From Callorhinchus milii (lineage: Eukaryota): a DNA stretch of 64,000 nt. Below the pieces are notes generated by a model that saw only the letters and a list, made by a program, of their open reading frames with translations, was not told the origin of the DNA and made no database searches. Positions within the stretch are counted from its first letter, which is position 1. Every line of letters starts with the position of its first letter. The DNA is taken from positions 31,684,001-31,748,000 of the forward strand of contig NW_024704742.1 in the NCBI RefSeq assembly GCF_018977255.1, read 5' to 3'. The position numbers and the translations under genes were made by a program. Shown piece by piece: positions 1 to 11,716 of this stretch.

Positions 1-883
1 AAATCCCTTGAAGCACTTTGAGATATCTCTGATAAGGTACTATACCAAGTGTAAGTTTTAAAAGTGAAGTCTTCTAGTAGTGGGTGGCAAAAATGGTAGC
101 TAATAGCCACACAAGATAACCCTGAAAAATACTACTTGGTGAGACAGATTCCTGAGGGAATGATTGGCAGTTAGCTTAGTTCAATTGGTATTACTTCAAC
201 TCTTGGTCAGAAGACCTTCAATTCCTGGATCAGGGACTTCAAACTTGTGGTCAGCTGACAGTAGTGCAACGTTGAGAACGCTACATTTCTGGATTGCCTT
301 TCTTTGGATGTGATATAAAACCAATCTCTTTTTTGGTGGATGGTAAAGATTCAGTGATATTATTTGAAGCTTGCCCCACGAATAGTTTGCAGGTGAATGA
401 CCAGCTAAGTGAAAGACTGCTGGGCTTTATACTTTTTATATTNAAAAAAACTCCATTCTCTTTTCAAATCTTTAGCATCCACCTGAAAAGGCAGCTGGGA
501 TCTATTTGCTATCTTGTCTTGACATGTACTTTACCTCTAAATGTTATTAATTTCAAGATGTGTACTTTGTATTCAAATTGCTTCAAGTTCCCCTTTGACA
601 AGCAAAACTAGCTTACAAAGCTAAAAGATAGCCTTAATAAACTAATTTTGTGCTCACTAATTTATGTGAGCCAGCATATTCATAACTGGTACGTTAACTC
701 GATATTGATCTGATAAATCTCTCCTATTTAATTTTTAATTTGGATGCTAATGCTCAAGTTACATTAGGTGGCATTTTTTTTGACAGTTAACTTGATTGAA
801 CTAGCTATACATGAGTTAGTTGTATCTTTGTTCTATTCGAAAAGCAGTTTTATTTCATTCTCTTTAAATGCTTTCTCTTCCAG

Positions 884-964
884 CTTGATGGAGCCTCTTC
901 GGTGAGCGGTGGCTCCAACGTTTCCAGTGTCCATGTAGGCAAACCGCCTCTTTCTGGTCGGAAG
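884..964 (+). CDS. Putative small internal exon of an unidentified plus-strand gene; 3' boundary ambiguous (901, 934 or 964)
   Basis: Strong acceptor (ctttctcttccag|884). Three GT donors (gtgagc 902, gtaggc 935, gtcggt 965) give 18, 51 or 81 nt. Frame 0 reads LDGASSVSGGSNVSSVHVGKPPLSGRK. No homology recognised. Confidence 0.4.
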
Positions 965-1287
965 GTCGGTGTTCTGTCTTAAGAACTCTGGTCCAAGTTC
1001 TTAAGACGCATGTGTATTTGGAGGGTGGGGTGGGGAATGCATAGTCTTCAAATTAAAGGATTTTATTTGTCACCTATAGCTGTGTTTAGGGAATCCTGAA
1101 CAAATTTCCTTTAATACACTCAGTGTTGCAATGCATATTCAATATTTGTGTTTCTCTTTGGATTGAAATAGGGCTCCAGTACACAGGCTGTTAAAAATGG
1201 TTTCCTTTGCAGCATCTGTTTCATTCTGAGCTTGACTGCTGGATCCATGTGTTAATCTGTGATGGCAAACTATTCAATTAAAGAAGC

Positions 1288-3075
1288 ATCACTTCAGTCA
1301 GAGACGGGAGAAGTTGTAATGGAGGATAAGGACATGGCAGAGTCCCTAAATGGGTACTTTGCACCTGTCTTCACCCTAGAAGACACAACAAGTCTGCCAA
1401 CAATAGAGATGAACCAAGGGGCTAAGGACAGGGAGCAACTTAGGGAAATTTTCATTGGTAGAGAATTGGTGCTAGGGAAACTGTTAGCACTAAAAAATGA
1501 CAAATCCCCTGGTCCGGATGGCTTGCATCCCAGGGTTTTAAAAGAGGTAGCTTATGAGATAGTGGAGGCCTTATGTCTGATCTTCCAAAATTCCTTGGAT
1601 TCTGGAACAGTCTCCATGGATTGGAAGATCGCAAATGTCACACCACTATTCAAAAAAGGTGGAAAGGAAAAGATGGGGAACTATAGGCCAGTTAACCTTA
1701 CATCAGTGATAGGAAAAATTTTAGAATCATTGATTAAGGATGTGGTAGTGCGGTATTTAGGGGAGCACAATATAATTAGGCCAAGTCAACATGGCTTTAC
1801 AAAAGGGAATTCATGTTTGACAAATCTCATAGTTTTTTGAGGATATTTTGAGTAAACTAGATAAGGGTGAATCAGTGGATGTGGTCTATTTGGACTTCCA
1901 GAAGGCATTTGATAAGGTGCCACATTAAAGGTTAGTCCAAAAGATAGGGGCCCATGGAATTGGGGAGAGCATATTAATGTGGATTGGGGAATGGTTAATG
2001 GGTAGGAAACAAAGAGTAGGGATAAACGGGTCCTTTTCAGATTGGCGGGATGTGACTAGTGGAGTGCCACAAGGATCAGTCCTTGGGCCTCAGCTACTTA
2101 CCATCTACATCAACGATCTAGATGAGGACATCAAAGTTAATATATCCAAATTTGCGGATGACACAAAACTAGGAAGTGTCAACACAGAGGATGACATTAA
2201 AAAAATGCAGCACGACATAGATAGGTTAGGTGATTGGGCAGGTAGGTGGCAGATGAAGTATAATGTAGGGAAGTGCGAAGTCATCCACCTAGGTAGCAAA
2301 AACAGTAGAGCGGGTTATTTTTTAGAAGGGGAGAGATTGGAATGTGTTAGCGTCCAGAGGGACTTGGGTGTCCTTGTACACCAATCACAGAAAGTTAGTC
2401 TGCAGGTGCAGCAGCAATTAGGAAGGCGAACGGTATGTTAGCATTCATTATGAAAGGATTAGAGTATAAGAGTAGGGAAGTCTTGCTGCAACTGTATAGG
2501 GCCCTGGTGAGACCACACCTGGAATACTGTGTGCAGTTTTGGTCTCCTTATTTAAGGAAGGATGTACTTGCCTTGGAGGGGGTGCAGCGTAGATTTACTT
2601 GGTTAGCACCAGGGATGAAGGGGTTGAGTTATGAGGATAGGCTGACCAATTTGGGCCTATATTCTCTAGAAAATAGAAGAATTAGAGAGGATCTTATAGA
2701 AACCTATAAGATCATCAAAGGGCACGATAGAGTAGATAGTGGGAGATTGTTTCCCCTGGTTGGAGAAACTAAAACCAGGGGTCACAACCTTAAAATCAGA
2801 GGCAGCCCTTTCGCACTGAGTTGAGGAAGAACTTCTTCACTCAAAGGGTGGTGAATGTATGGAACTCACTACCCCAAAGGGCTGTTGACGCTCAGTCCTT
2901 GAACATATTCAAGACTGAGATAGATATTTCTTATTGCAAAAGGGATTAAGAGGTATGGGGATAAGGCAGGGTTAGGTTATTAGCTGGAGTTAGATTAGGA
3001 GATCAGCCATGATTGAATGGCGGGGCAGGCTCGAAGGGCCAAATGGCTTACTCCTGCTCCTAAATGTTATGTTAT
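1288..3075 (+). mobile_element. 5'-truncated CR1-clade LINE (reverse transcriptase region plus 3' tail), inactivated
   Basis: ORFs 1259-1840, 1977-2441 and 2435-2824 carry CR1 ORF2 motifs (KSPGPDGLHPRVLKE, NYRPVNLTS, SGVPQGSVLGP, SKFADDTKL, LYRALVRPHLEYCVQFWSP) broken by frameshifts and stops. CR1-type 3' end gatcagccatgattgaatggcggggcaggctcgaagggcc...ctcctgctcc. Confidence 0.93.
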
Positions 3076-4834
3076 TTCCTTTCGTCATCCCTGTTATTCT
3101 GTCAAATGGCATCTTCCTCCCTAAAATAAAATTTATCTAGATTTGTCATTTTTAACATATATTTAACAGTGGTGTCTCAAATTAGGCCTTTACTTTATCT
3201 CCTCAAGTGCATTTGTAATATCCTTACTAGTTTGTGGAACCTCAAACTTCAGGAATATTAGCACAAAAACTATACTGTCACTCATCTGGCTTCCCATTGA
3301 ACTTAAAATGAACTTTACAAAATAAGATGGATTGAGTTCCCTTTGCTTTTAAACTGATTATGCTATTTACTATACTCAGCAAAGCAATATGGTTTCCATT
3401 GAGCATTACCTGCATTAGTTAGATTTTTTTGCAACTCATTATCTCAGCTGCTTCCTCAAAGGTTTCATAACAGTAGGATGTGGTCCTGCAAGAATGTTTC
3501 CTATGTTTAGTGAAACCTATGGGTTTCAGTGACACAAACAAAATTGGTTTGAAATGTTAAGATTGTTTGGGAAGTTAATTGACAAATTGATTTGCAGAGT
3601 TTTTTTTCCTTCTGCTTTGTGGCCATTTGTGTTTCTTTATTTTGCCTTGTGATAGAAAGTCAGCAGTCACCACCGTATATCCAAAGGTGGGATTAGAATG
3701 AGAGCAGAAATTAGACTTTTGAAGCACAAATGAGATTGAAATTCATCATTGAAGAATTTTAGAATGGCTTATTGAGCCCTTTGTAGTGATAAATATATTG
3801 TATTCATTAAATGTTTCTAATTTTAGAGTCCTGAAACAAGCCGATCAAGTATTTGAACATTGTAATTTTTAAAAAAATAAGATGGATTTTAGAGTTTTGA
3901 CTGTTTCCATTTAGACTCCATGTGTCAGCAAATTGCCAGATCTATTGCAGAGACCAGCTCTACAAGACCATAAACAGGTTAAAACACACATCAGTGTGGC
4001 ACCTTCACCCAGGACACCTCAGCCACTCAGTACATTGAACCGCTTGGTTACCAGCTATTCAGAGTTTTCGGTAAATAACCGTTATAAGAAATCCTTATTT
4101 GATGCATCAACATTCACATTGGGAGGATATCTCAAAATGCTTCACAGGGTTTACCATAAACTGGAGTGATTGTATTTTGTTGAACACTTTTTAAAATGTG
4201 TCTATGTTCTAATACTATAGTCTGGCTAGAACTAACCTTAAACAGTTTAAACTTCATTCTGGCATTTTGAGTAATGCTACAATGTGAGGTTCAGTCTTGA
4301 TTCTCCAAAGCTAAACAAAATGGTGTGCTCTATGAAGACTGGTATGGCACAGAAGGAATTACAGATACCCTTAAGAAATTAACTGCCAAATAAATTAACA
4401 TTTATTGGTTGTATATTAAGATCGTCATTTGGGCTAATTATATAATTATGGGTAATGTAATTCCTTCTTACTTATATGCAACTCATAATCCACTCCAAAA
4501 ATTCATTACCTTGCTTCTCATCTCATTGTTAATGGGACATTGCTGGCAACAATTAGCTGCCAGGGTTCCTGACATAACAAATACTTGATTTTAAATTAAT
4601 TCATTTTTTTTTTGAAGCACTGCAATATTCTTTCATGATAAGTGTGTGTACAAATTACTAATTCGGTTAACCATATTGCAGAGGGATGGGGTGCAAGAAA
4701 TGGTCTACTTAGACATTCTAATTTAGTATATTGAAGGCTGTTTGAATCTACAGTATTTCTGCCTTTATAAAACATTTAAGAGTCAGGTTGTGATCTCTGT
4801 GGCTAATTTCTGACCATAATTTTTTATCTTTCAG

Positions 4835-4897
4835 CGTGATCTCAACAAAAAATCAAGCAGTGAACAACTAAATTCAACAACTGTTGAAAATAACTGA
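4835..4897 (+). CDS. Putative terminal coding exon of the unidentified plus-strand gene (RDLNKKSSSEQLNSTTVENN* if phase 0)
   Basis: Branch-like ctgac at 4810, pyrimidine tract and tttcag|4835 acceptor, TGA at 4895-4897, then about 290 nt of AT-rich sequence and AATAAA. Reading frame is not certain. Confidence 0.5.
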   Translation, partial: RDLNKKSSSEQLNSTTVENN

Positions 4898-5183
4898 GGT
4901 CTTTGGTTTACTGAGTTGTACTTGGCTCATTGACACTTAAGCAACATCGAGTTGTTTGGCTTATTTGTGAGACTATTTTTAAATCATGGTGAAGCACATG
5001 TTGCTGTCTCATCGTGAATTTGTATGAAAGCAAGTTGTATATCCAAAGTTATATTTAAACCTTTAACTGCTCATATGAGCAGTGGGTGTTTTTGAAATGG
5101 TGATTGATTTTTTAAAGGTCTCTTGTGTAAGTGTCTTGTGATGCAAGAAAATGGAAACGTCTGTTACTATTCATAATTTCTCT

Positions 5184-5189
5184 AATAAA
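5184..5189 (+). terminator. Candidate polyadenylation signal of the plus-strand gene
   Basis: AATAAA about 290 nt after the putative stop codon. Confidence 0.45.
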
Positions 5190-5471
5190 ATCTTCTAATT
5201 ACTTGATCTAGTTGCCTAGCAAAGTTCATGTATATGAAATTGCTCACTCAATAGAATTGTATCTGGATCCATTTTTAAATGATTTATCCAGGTTTGATTT
5301 TCCAAGTTAAATATCTAAAATCTTTTACTGATCTCATAAACTGGAAAATGGAGCTTCCTTGTTGACTGGACAGTAGGGGGATGTTTCATTGTTAGAAGTG
5401 CCTTTTTTTTTTGAATGAGATGTTAAATTTAGGTTCTAATTGCCTGTTTAGGATGTTTGCCCTCTGTGGCT

Positions 5472-5990
5472 TCTATATTGGTCTGCCAGCGTCCTGGAGC
5501 ACTTGACAGTCTTGACAATGAGCTGGGGGAGAGGGGATGGAAGCACGATCATAAAGGAAGGTTTTCAGCTGGGATTTGAAGACTGAGGGATTGAGGGAGA
5601 GAATTCCAGAATTTTGGGGTATAGTGGCTGAATGCATGGCCACTGATGGTGGAACGAAGGGCAAGCTGGAGGCAGCCGAGCAGTGGGTAAGCAGGTCGCA
5701 TAGGTGGTGTGATGCGAGGGTATGAAGGGATTTGAAAATGAGTGAGACAATCTTTCAAACGATCCGTTCGGTGATTGGGATCCAGTGGAGCCTCGCAAGG
5801 ACTAGTATGATGGGGGTACATAGTTTTGTGCAGGTGAGTATCTGGGTGGCAGTTTTGAACAAATTGTGTTGTGTGGTGCTGGGGAGACCAGCCAGGAAAT
5901 GACTACGGTGTGGATGAGGGTTTCAGCTGCGTCAGTTTCGAGATATGGATGGAGTCGGGCAATGTGGCTGAGGTGGAAAATGGCGATCTG
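5472..5990 (-). mobile_element. L2-clade LINE 3' fragment
   Basis: Minus-strand translation STISGHAFSHYTPKFWNSLPQSL...LKTFLYD matches the L2 ORF2 C-terminus seen in the better copy at 38345-39815. Confidence 0.8.
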
Positions 5991-7324
5991 TACCTTTGTC
6001 TATATAATGGTGTCTATATGGCTGTCTACCGTTGGTCTCCACTGACACTTGGTTCTCAAGTGCTTGTTGCCCAATCTGAATTTTAACAACTTTAAAGAGT
6101 GTATAACAGTTTGACTCAGTAAGTACTATTCTCTCAGATATTTGGGTTTAAAGCCCATAGCCAAAGGGTCAAAATTCCAATAATATATGCCCCCCAAGAG
6201 AAACCAATGCATGTAATAAGGCTGGTGAACAATTCATTGGAAAAGTTAAAGATACTATGATACTATTTAAAATGAGAAGAATTTCTCTGATTCTGCTGGC
6301 CAACAATTTCCCAATCACTGCAGGGATGTTGTGGGACATTGCTGTGCTCAAATTAGCAGTTGGTCTACAAATGGTCACTAAATGTAACAATTACTGTAAA
6401 GTGCTTTGAAACATTGACATTATTGGTACAGTGTCTTGGGACATCCCCCAACATGAAAGGTGCGAACACAAATGTAATTTTGTATTGTACAATATGAAAT
6501 ACAAACATTATTGTCCCCATATACAGGTCAACCACCAAGATTAAGCACTTAAATCCTGGCATGGAGTTTAAACCCACAACCTGCTGTTCCAAAGAGAAGG
6601 AATCTTGGATAAATCACATGATAGGGAGAAGACACAATCTCAATTTGCAGGCTTGTGTGCTGTTCCTAGTGTCACCACTAGGAGGTGCACTAGGTCAGTT
6701 TAAGTTGGATTGAAGCAGTGCTCATAGACATGCTTGAGATGCTGGGGATTCTGAACTAGGTTATAAGAGCGCCCAGGGTAGGGTGGATCAACTGTTGTGA
6801 ATAGAAGGCAGTGTACCATTGCAGACTTCTGTAGCAATGATTTTAACTTTAAAAACCTGAAGTACCAGGGCACTGCTGATGACCATAGCCAGCCCAGTTT
6901 ATCAGCAGGATTTAGAAGGGAGGTCAGTCACTGGGGCAGAAATTCTTCCCACTCAGCTCCTGTTAAACCCTGCAAGCCAAAGCCCTAGCAGGTAGGATGG
7001 TCCTAGCTGGACAAGCAGAGAGAAACTTGCCAGACAGTGCTATCAACGGCAAGCTATGTGTCTGGCTGGTTGAACTCCAGCAGTACCCTAACAACAATTT
7101 TTCATTGATATAGCACCTTTCACATCAAGTGAATAAGTCAAAGCCACTTCAGAGCTGACAGCTTGAGCAGTGGATTTTGGGGCAGGGGGCAAAAGGGTGA
7201 CTGAAAGCACAAAAGGTCTTGCGGTAGACCATAAGGATGGGAGGGAGTCTGAGGATCTTGAAATCAATCTATTCTGTGGCTCCCTTTCACCAATAGATGC
7301 CAACCAACAGGTGAGACAATTACA

Positions 7325-7657
7325 GGAGTCCTGTAGCTCAGTGGTTAGAGCACTCGCTTTGCAAGCGAGAGACCTGAGTTCAATTCCAGGCAGGGCGAAA
7401 CCTTGGGCAAGTTTCCTTACTCCACACAGAGCCTAATAATAATCCCTTCAAAAAACCCAAAACAATAATAAATTGGTCATTTTCAATCTACGACTGTTTG
7501 TGGGACATTGCTGTGCGCAATTGGCTGCCGCGTTCGCCCACAAATATACAGTCAATTCACTTTACAGTATATTCTGTGAAGCGCTTTGGGACGTCCTCCC
7601 GACGTGAAAAGCGCTATATCAAATGCAAGGATTATTATTATATTATTATTATTATTA
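7325..7657 (+). mobile_element. tRNA-derived SINE (tRNA-Ala-like head, Deu-domain-like 3' half, L2-type tail), young copy
   Basis: Head ggagtcctgTAGCTCAGTGGttagagcactcgc-tttgcaa-gcgagagacctgaGTTCAATTCC has A and B boxes and an anticodon stem with TGC. Body contains gggacattgctgtgcgcaattggctgccgcg. Tail ends in (att)n. Near-identical inverted copy at 34023-34351. Confidence 0.88.
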
Positions 7658-9161
7658 ATGTTGACACTGACAATGCAACACTCCCCTGTACAGGAGTATC
7701 AGTCTGGACCATGAGCTCAAGTCCAACATGAGGCTGTGTTGAGGGACAGCAGAGGATGCAGATATTATATACATTAGTTAGCCACTTCCTTCAGAAAGCA
7801 AAGGATGGCAAGTAATGCCAGGCTCCCTTAATGCACTGCTCAGTGGTTGGTTACAACAAAATTACGTTTGTACAGCACCTTTCACATTGGGAGGACGTTC
7901 CAAGGTGCTGGACAATGTTTCAGACCCAAGCTGGGGGAATCGGGGAGGGTGACCAAAGGCACGGTTGAAGAGGGTCTTGAAGGAGGCAAGGGAGGGGTGA
8001 GGTGGAGGGACTGCAGGATGGAGTTCTAGAGGGTGATTGGAATAAGCAGCACTGGCAAAAGTACTGCCACCAGATCCTTTTAGTCAGCAAATGAGATGAC
8101 ATCAAGGCAACATGAAAGACAAATACTGTAAATAAACTCAACTATCCAGTACTTTACAAAGGAAATAGTTATTTCTGTAATAAAGGAAAAATTAAATATA
8201 CCCTTTGTTTCAAAGGTTTCAATGTTGCAATGCATTCTCTCTTTGGAATTTACCCAAGTGCTGCTTCCAAGCATCCCACCTTTTGTCGAGTTGAACAAAA
8301 TCATTACATTCAGCAGACTGACATTTCTATGCATGGAGGTGGTTTATGAAGGTTTTCAATTGTTTAGTAATCCAGTCAGGTTTTCCAGTGACTTATTCAA
8401 CTGAACTAGCTGCTAGTGGGGAAAAATAGCAACGAAAAGCCCCTTGTAAAGCAGAAATACATGAAATTCCTCAGTTTACATTTTCACAAGCCTTCTTTTG
8501 AAAAAAATGATTCACGCGGCTTGATTCCAGGTTTGAAATTTCATTTGTGAGTCAATTGATTGCAGCATTTGCTAGCATGGTTACTGACTAGAATATTCAA
8601 CAACTTGCATATACAGTTTATAGCTTCCTTCACTTTGTTAATTGGCATATTTGAGGAATTCTCCAAGGACTGACTTATCTAGTGTAAAGTGAACTGAACA
8701 GATCACTTAGGCCCAAGGTCAATCCCTGGTTTATAAATAGTTGACATCAACTGGGAGGGTATTAAGGAAACTACACAAAGGCTTCATCGGATAGAGAAAG
8801 TAATGCAACAATGCTGTTAGCTATTCCAGGAATACCCGCACTGAAACCTTGCTGGATCTTTGGTTCTAACACTGGGTATATATAACACCAACAATGACAG
8901 CTTTGCCTTCAGTAGAAATACTGTAATACAAATATAAGCATCCTGGTGCCTTGAGGCACTTACCATGTCCAAGTGAATCTTCATTTAGGCTTGAGGCCAC
9001 AACTGCCAAGACAACAAGGTTAAATAGTGTCAGCTACTACTAGATACACTGGCAAAATATTGGAGCTCTGCCCCTCTGTGACCAGATACATTAGTAATAC
9101 ATTGATGCTTTGTGTGTCTGATTGGATACATGGTCAATCATGCATTCTTGAGGTCCCATCT

Positions 9162-11421
9162 TTTATTGAGAGGTGGATCCTCATCTGGCTTCTGGAGGTA
9201 ACCCCACAAGAGAGAGTGGGATAAACTGTCCCTCTTGTTGCAGCAGGGAGAGGGACACTGGTTTTGGCAGAAACCTTTCTATTGTAATCAGAGCCTTCCT
9301 GAACAATGGGAAAGATCCTCAGGCAGAAAAGTGTCAGGAAGCAGAGTGAAGATGCAAGGCCCTGGAGTTCACAGCAACAGTCTGTAAATAAGAAGCTCCA
9401 TCGTGGATGTACATTGCAACTTGCTTTCAGGCAAGTTAAAACATAAACTGCAAATGCATTGAAATAACATGCTATGATTAAAGTCTCAATCAAATCCTTT
9501 TACTCAGATGAATTCTATACATAATTTTTGCCAGACAGTCTGAACAAAACCAACACCATACAGAGCAGTGTACTTTCAACATGTAAACCAACTGGCACTA
9601 AGATATAAGGCACTGGATCTTAAAAATTACAATAGACATTTCTGAATTTAAAAAAATTGTGTCTCTTTAGTTAAACCCTTTTAATATTCTCTAACTTTCA
9701 CCAGTGAGTATTTAGATTTGAAGGAAATACTTTTTGGAATGTGAAGCTATCTCATTGCCCAACTTTGCAGAGGTTCCCAAATGGAGCTCTTTAATGTAGG
9801 TGTCAAAAAATTACCACTCCTTTGAAAGGAGAGATTATTTTGCTGAATTGCCCAACAATCATATACACTTTTTCAGCAGACACCTGAACAGTATGCCTCA
9901 GTTAGAATGACTGGTAGAGGCAACCTGGGAGCACAGATTTGGCATCAATGTCCATTATCTGATATATGGCATTCACTGCAGTGGCAACCTCTACCGTAGC
10001 AAGGATCCCAGATAGTGCTCCATCTTCACATCAGAAAAGGGCAGCTGGACTAAAGTCAGGTTAGCATCGACAAGAGATAACTGGCTGCTCAGGCACTGTC
10101 CCAGTGTACCAATAGAGCAATTCAGTTCAAAATACTTTCTCCACTTTAAGAAATTAACCCTGTATTTGAAAGTGTAAGGTGCTATCCAGATCCAATACAT
10201 ACATGGTACTGATCTTTTATACAAGTTCATTATAGAAAATTGTAGCTTTCCCAATATGTGTACGAAATACAACATGGCTTCTGTTAGCAGATGTGACAGG
10301 CATAAGAACAAATACACATTCACACTATAGACAATGGTTTGTGCAAACCCAAGTTCCCCATCACTTTACAAAATTCAACAGGGCGTGAACATCTAAGCTT
10401 GTTACATTGGCTGGAATCTGCACAGCTAGTAGGGACTGTTAAATCCAAAACCAAATAACATTGCTCTCAGTATTAACTATTATATCGAGATCACTGAATT
10501 TCACATTTATCAGACCATTGACCTGTGTGAAAGTGCAGTTTTATTTTGGCGTAAGAAGTCAGATTTAAATATCTAATACCATCCAAATTAAATTTTTAGC
10601 CATGATTGTAACATTACAACAGTTTTAGTAACTCACTTTGAACTTCCGCGCAAAACACCTTCTCCCAGAGTAACTCTAACCAGCACTTCAACACGGTAAC
10701 GAGAGGCGACCGATTTCATTCACTGGAGAAAACGCGAACGGAGCTGGACTAGAATTTAGCTCCTCGTCCCTTTTCGGTCAAGTCTGAATTTGGCATATAC
10801 TGCACTGCAAAAGTTAACACAGTGTCTGCCCCAGATTCATATGGTGGCAGTTTTTTTTTTTAAATGTTCGAAGTTCAGTCTTGATGGTCATCTGAAACAT
10901 TGTGCAAAATAATCTGATTCATAGGATTTGTTTTTGGAATATGTTCAGCAGGATATAGAACGCTCAATCTCATGTGGAACTCTTCCTTCAAGTAGAGTGG
11001 TTGACCATGATAGAATTTCTTTGGCAAGGAATGACAGTACGATATCGCCGTCAAGACCCAGGTAGGATTTAGTAATGACATAGCAGCTTGTTTAATTATT
11101 GCATAGAGGAGATGGTTTTAATATACATGTGCTTGAAGTTGAGATTTAAGTTAAATATAAAAATGTTCAGTTGTCAAATAAACCCAATCGTCAAGCAATG
11201 GTTGTAGAGTAGTTAAAAATTGAGCTAAACCTGGACCTAAACAAAAGGATTATCCAAAGCCAAAAAAACATCCTCCCCGATTTCTTATAGTCAGATTCAA
11301 GTTGTACTCTGGAAAGGGTGTTTGATTAGTTACCAAACTGAAGAATCTTCTTTAGTGTAGACCACTTTGGTTTGGTGGCTCAGGGACCAAGTCTTAAGAT
11401 CTCTGGATTCCTGCTGGCTCC
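9162..11421 (-). other. SGMS2: Probable SGMS2 3' UTR; end uncertain
   Basis: Repeat-poor AT-rich tract following the stop codon. Minus-strand poly(A) hexamers at 10540-10545 (AATAAA), 9680-9685 (ATTAAA) and 9162-9167 (AATAAA). Confidence 0.45.
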
Positions 11422-11601
11422 TCACAACTTCTGTACTCGTGTGTATTTTCTACAGGATGTCTTCAAGCAGCTTGGAGGCCAAGAGAGAGGCCACATGAAG
11501 GAACAGGGAACTGAACTGTGCACATTCTTCTCAAAGAAAAGGAAGATTTGGAACCACCAGGCCTGGGAGAACTGGTTGGTTTTTGAAGGCGTTTTCAGAT
11601 T
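11422..11601 (-). CDS. SGMS2: Sphingomyelin synthase 2, coding exon 5 (last)
   Basis: Acceptor ttttgctcaacag|. Translates NLKTPSKTNQFSQAWWFQIFLFFEKNVHSSVPCSFMWPLSWPPSCLKTSCRKYTRVQKL*, matching the SMS2 C-terminal tail. No ATG start, so it is not in the ORF track. Confidence 0.93.
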   Translation of the reverse strand, partial: NLKTPSKTNQFSQAWWFQIFLFFEKNVHSSVPCSFMWPLSWPPSCLKTSCRKYTRVQKL

Positions 11602-11716
11602 CTGTTGAGCAAAACAAGAGCTTGTAAGTCACAGGTACTGGAAGGATTTGATGCACATCAACTATTACATAGAACAATCTTTTTGTTACTCGGTTATAAT
11701 GGGGGAAGCCCACCAT

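Noticed and set aside
1259..2824. Active reverse transcriptase gene
   Set aside because: 5'-truncated CR1 with stops and frameshifts and no endonuclease domain or ORF1.
7325..7400. Apparent tRNA-Ala(TGC) gene (also at 34351, 49624 and others)
   Set aside because: No proper acceptor stem or terminator; each continues into a SINE body and tail.
10670..10725. Possible SECIS (minus-strand ATGAA...TGAA) that could recode the SGMS2 TGA stop
   Set aside because: The stem is too short, the apical loop lacks the AA motif, and the in-frame readthrough peptide GASRNPEILRLGP has no recognisable homology.
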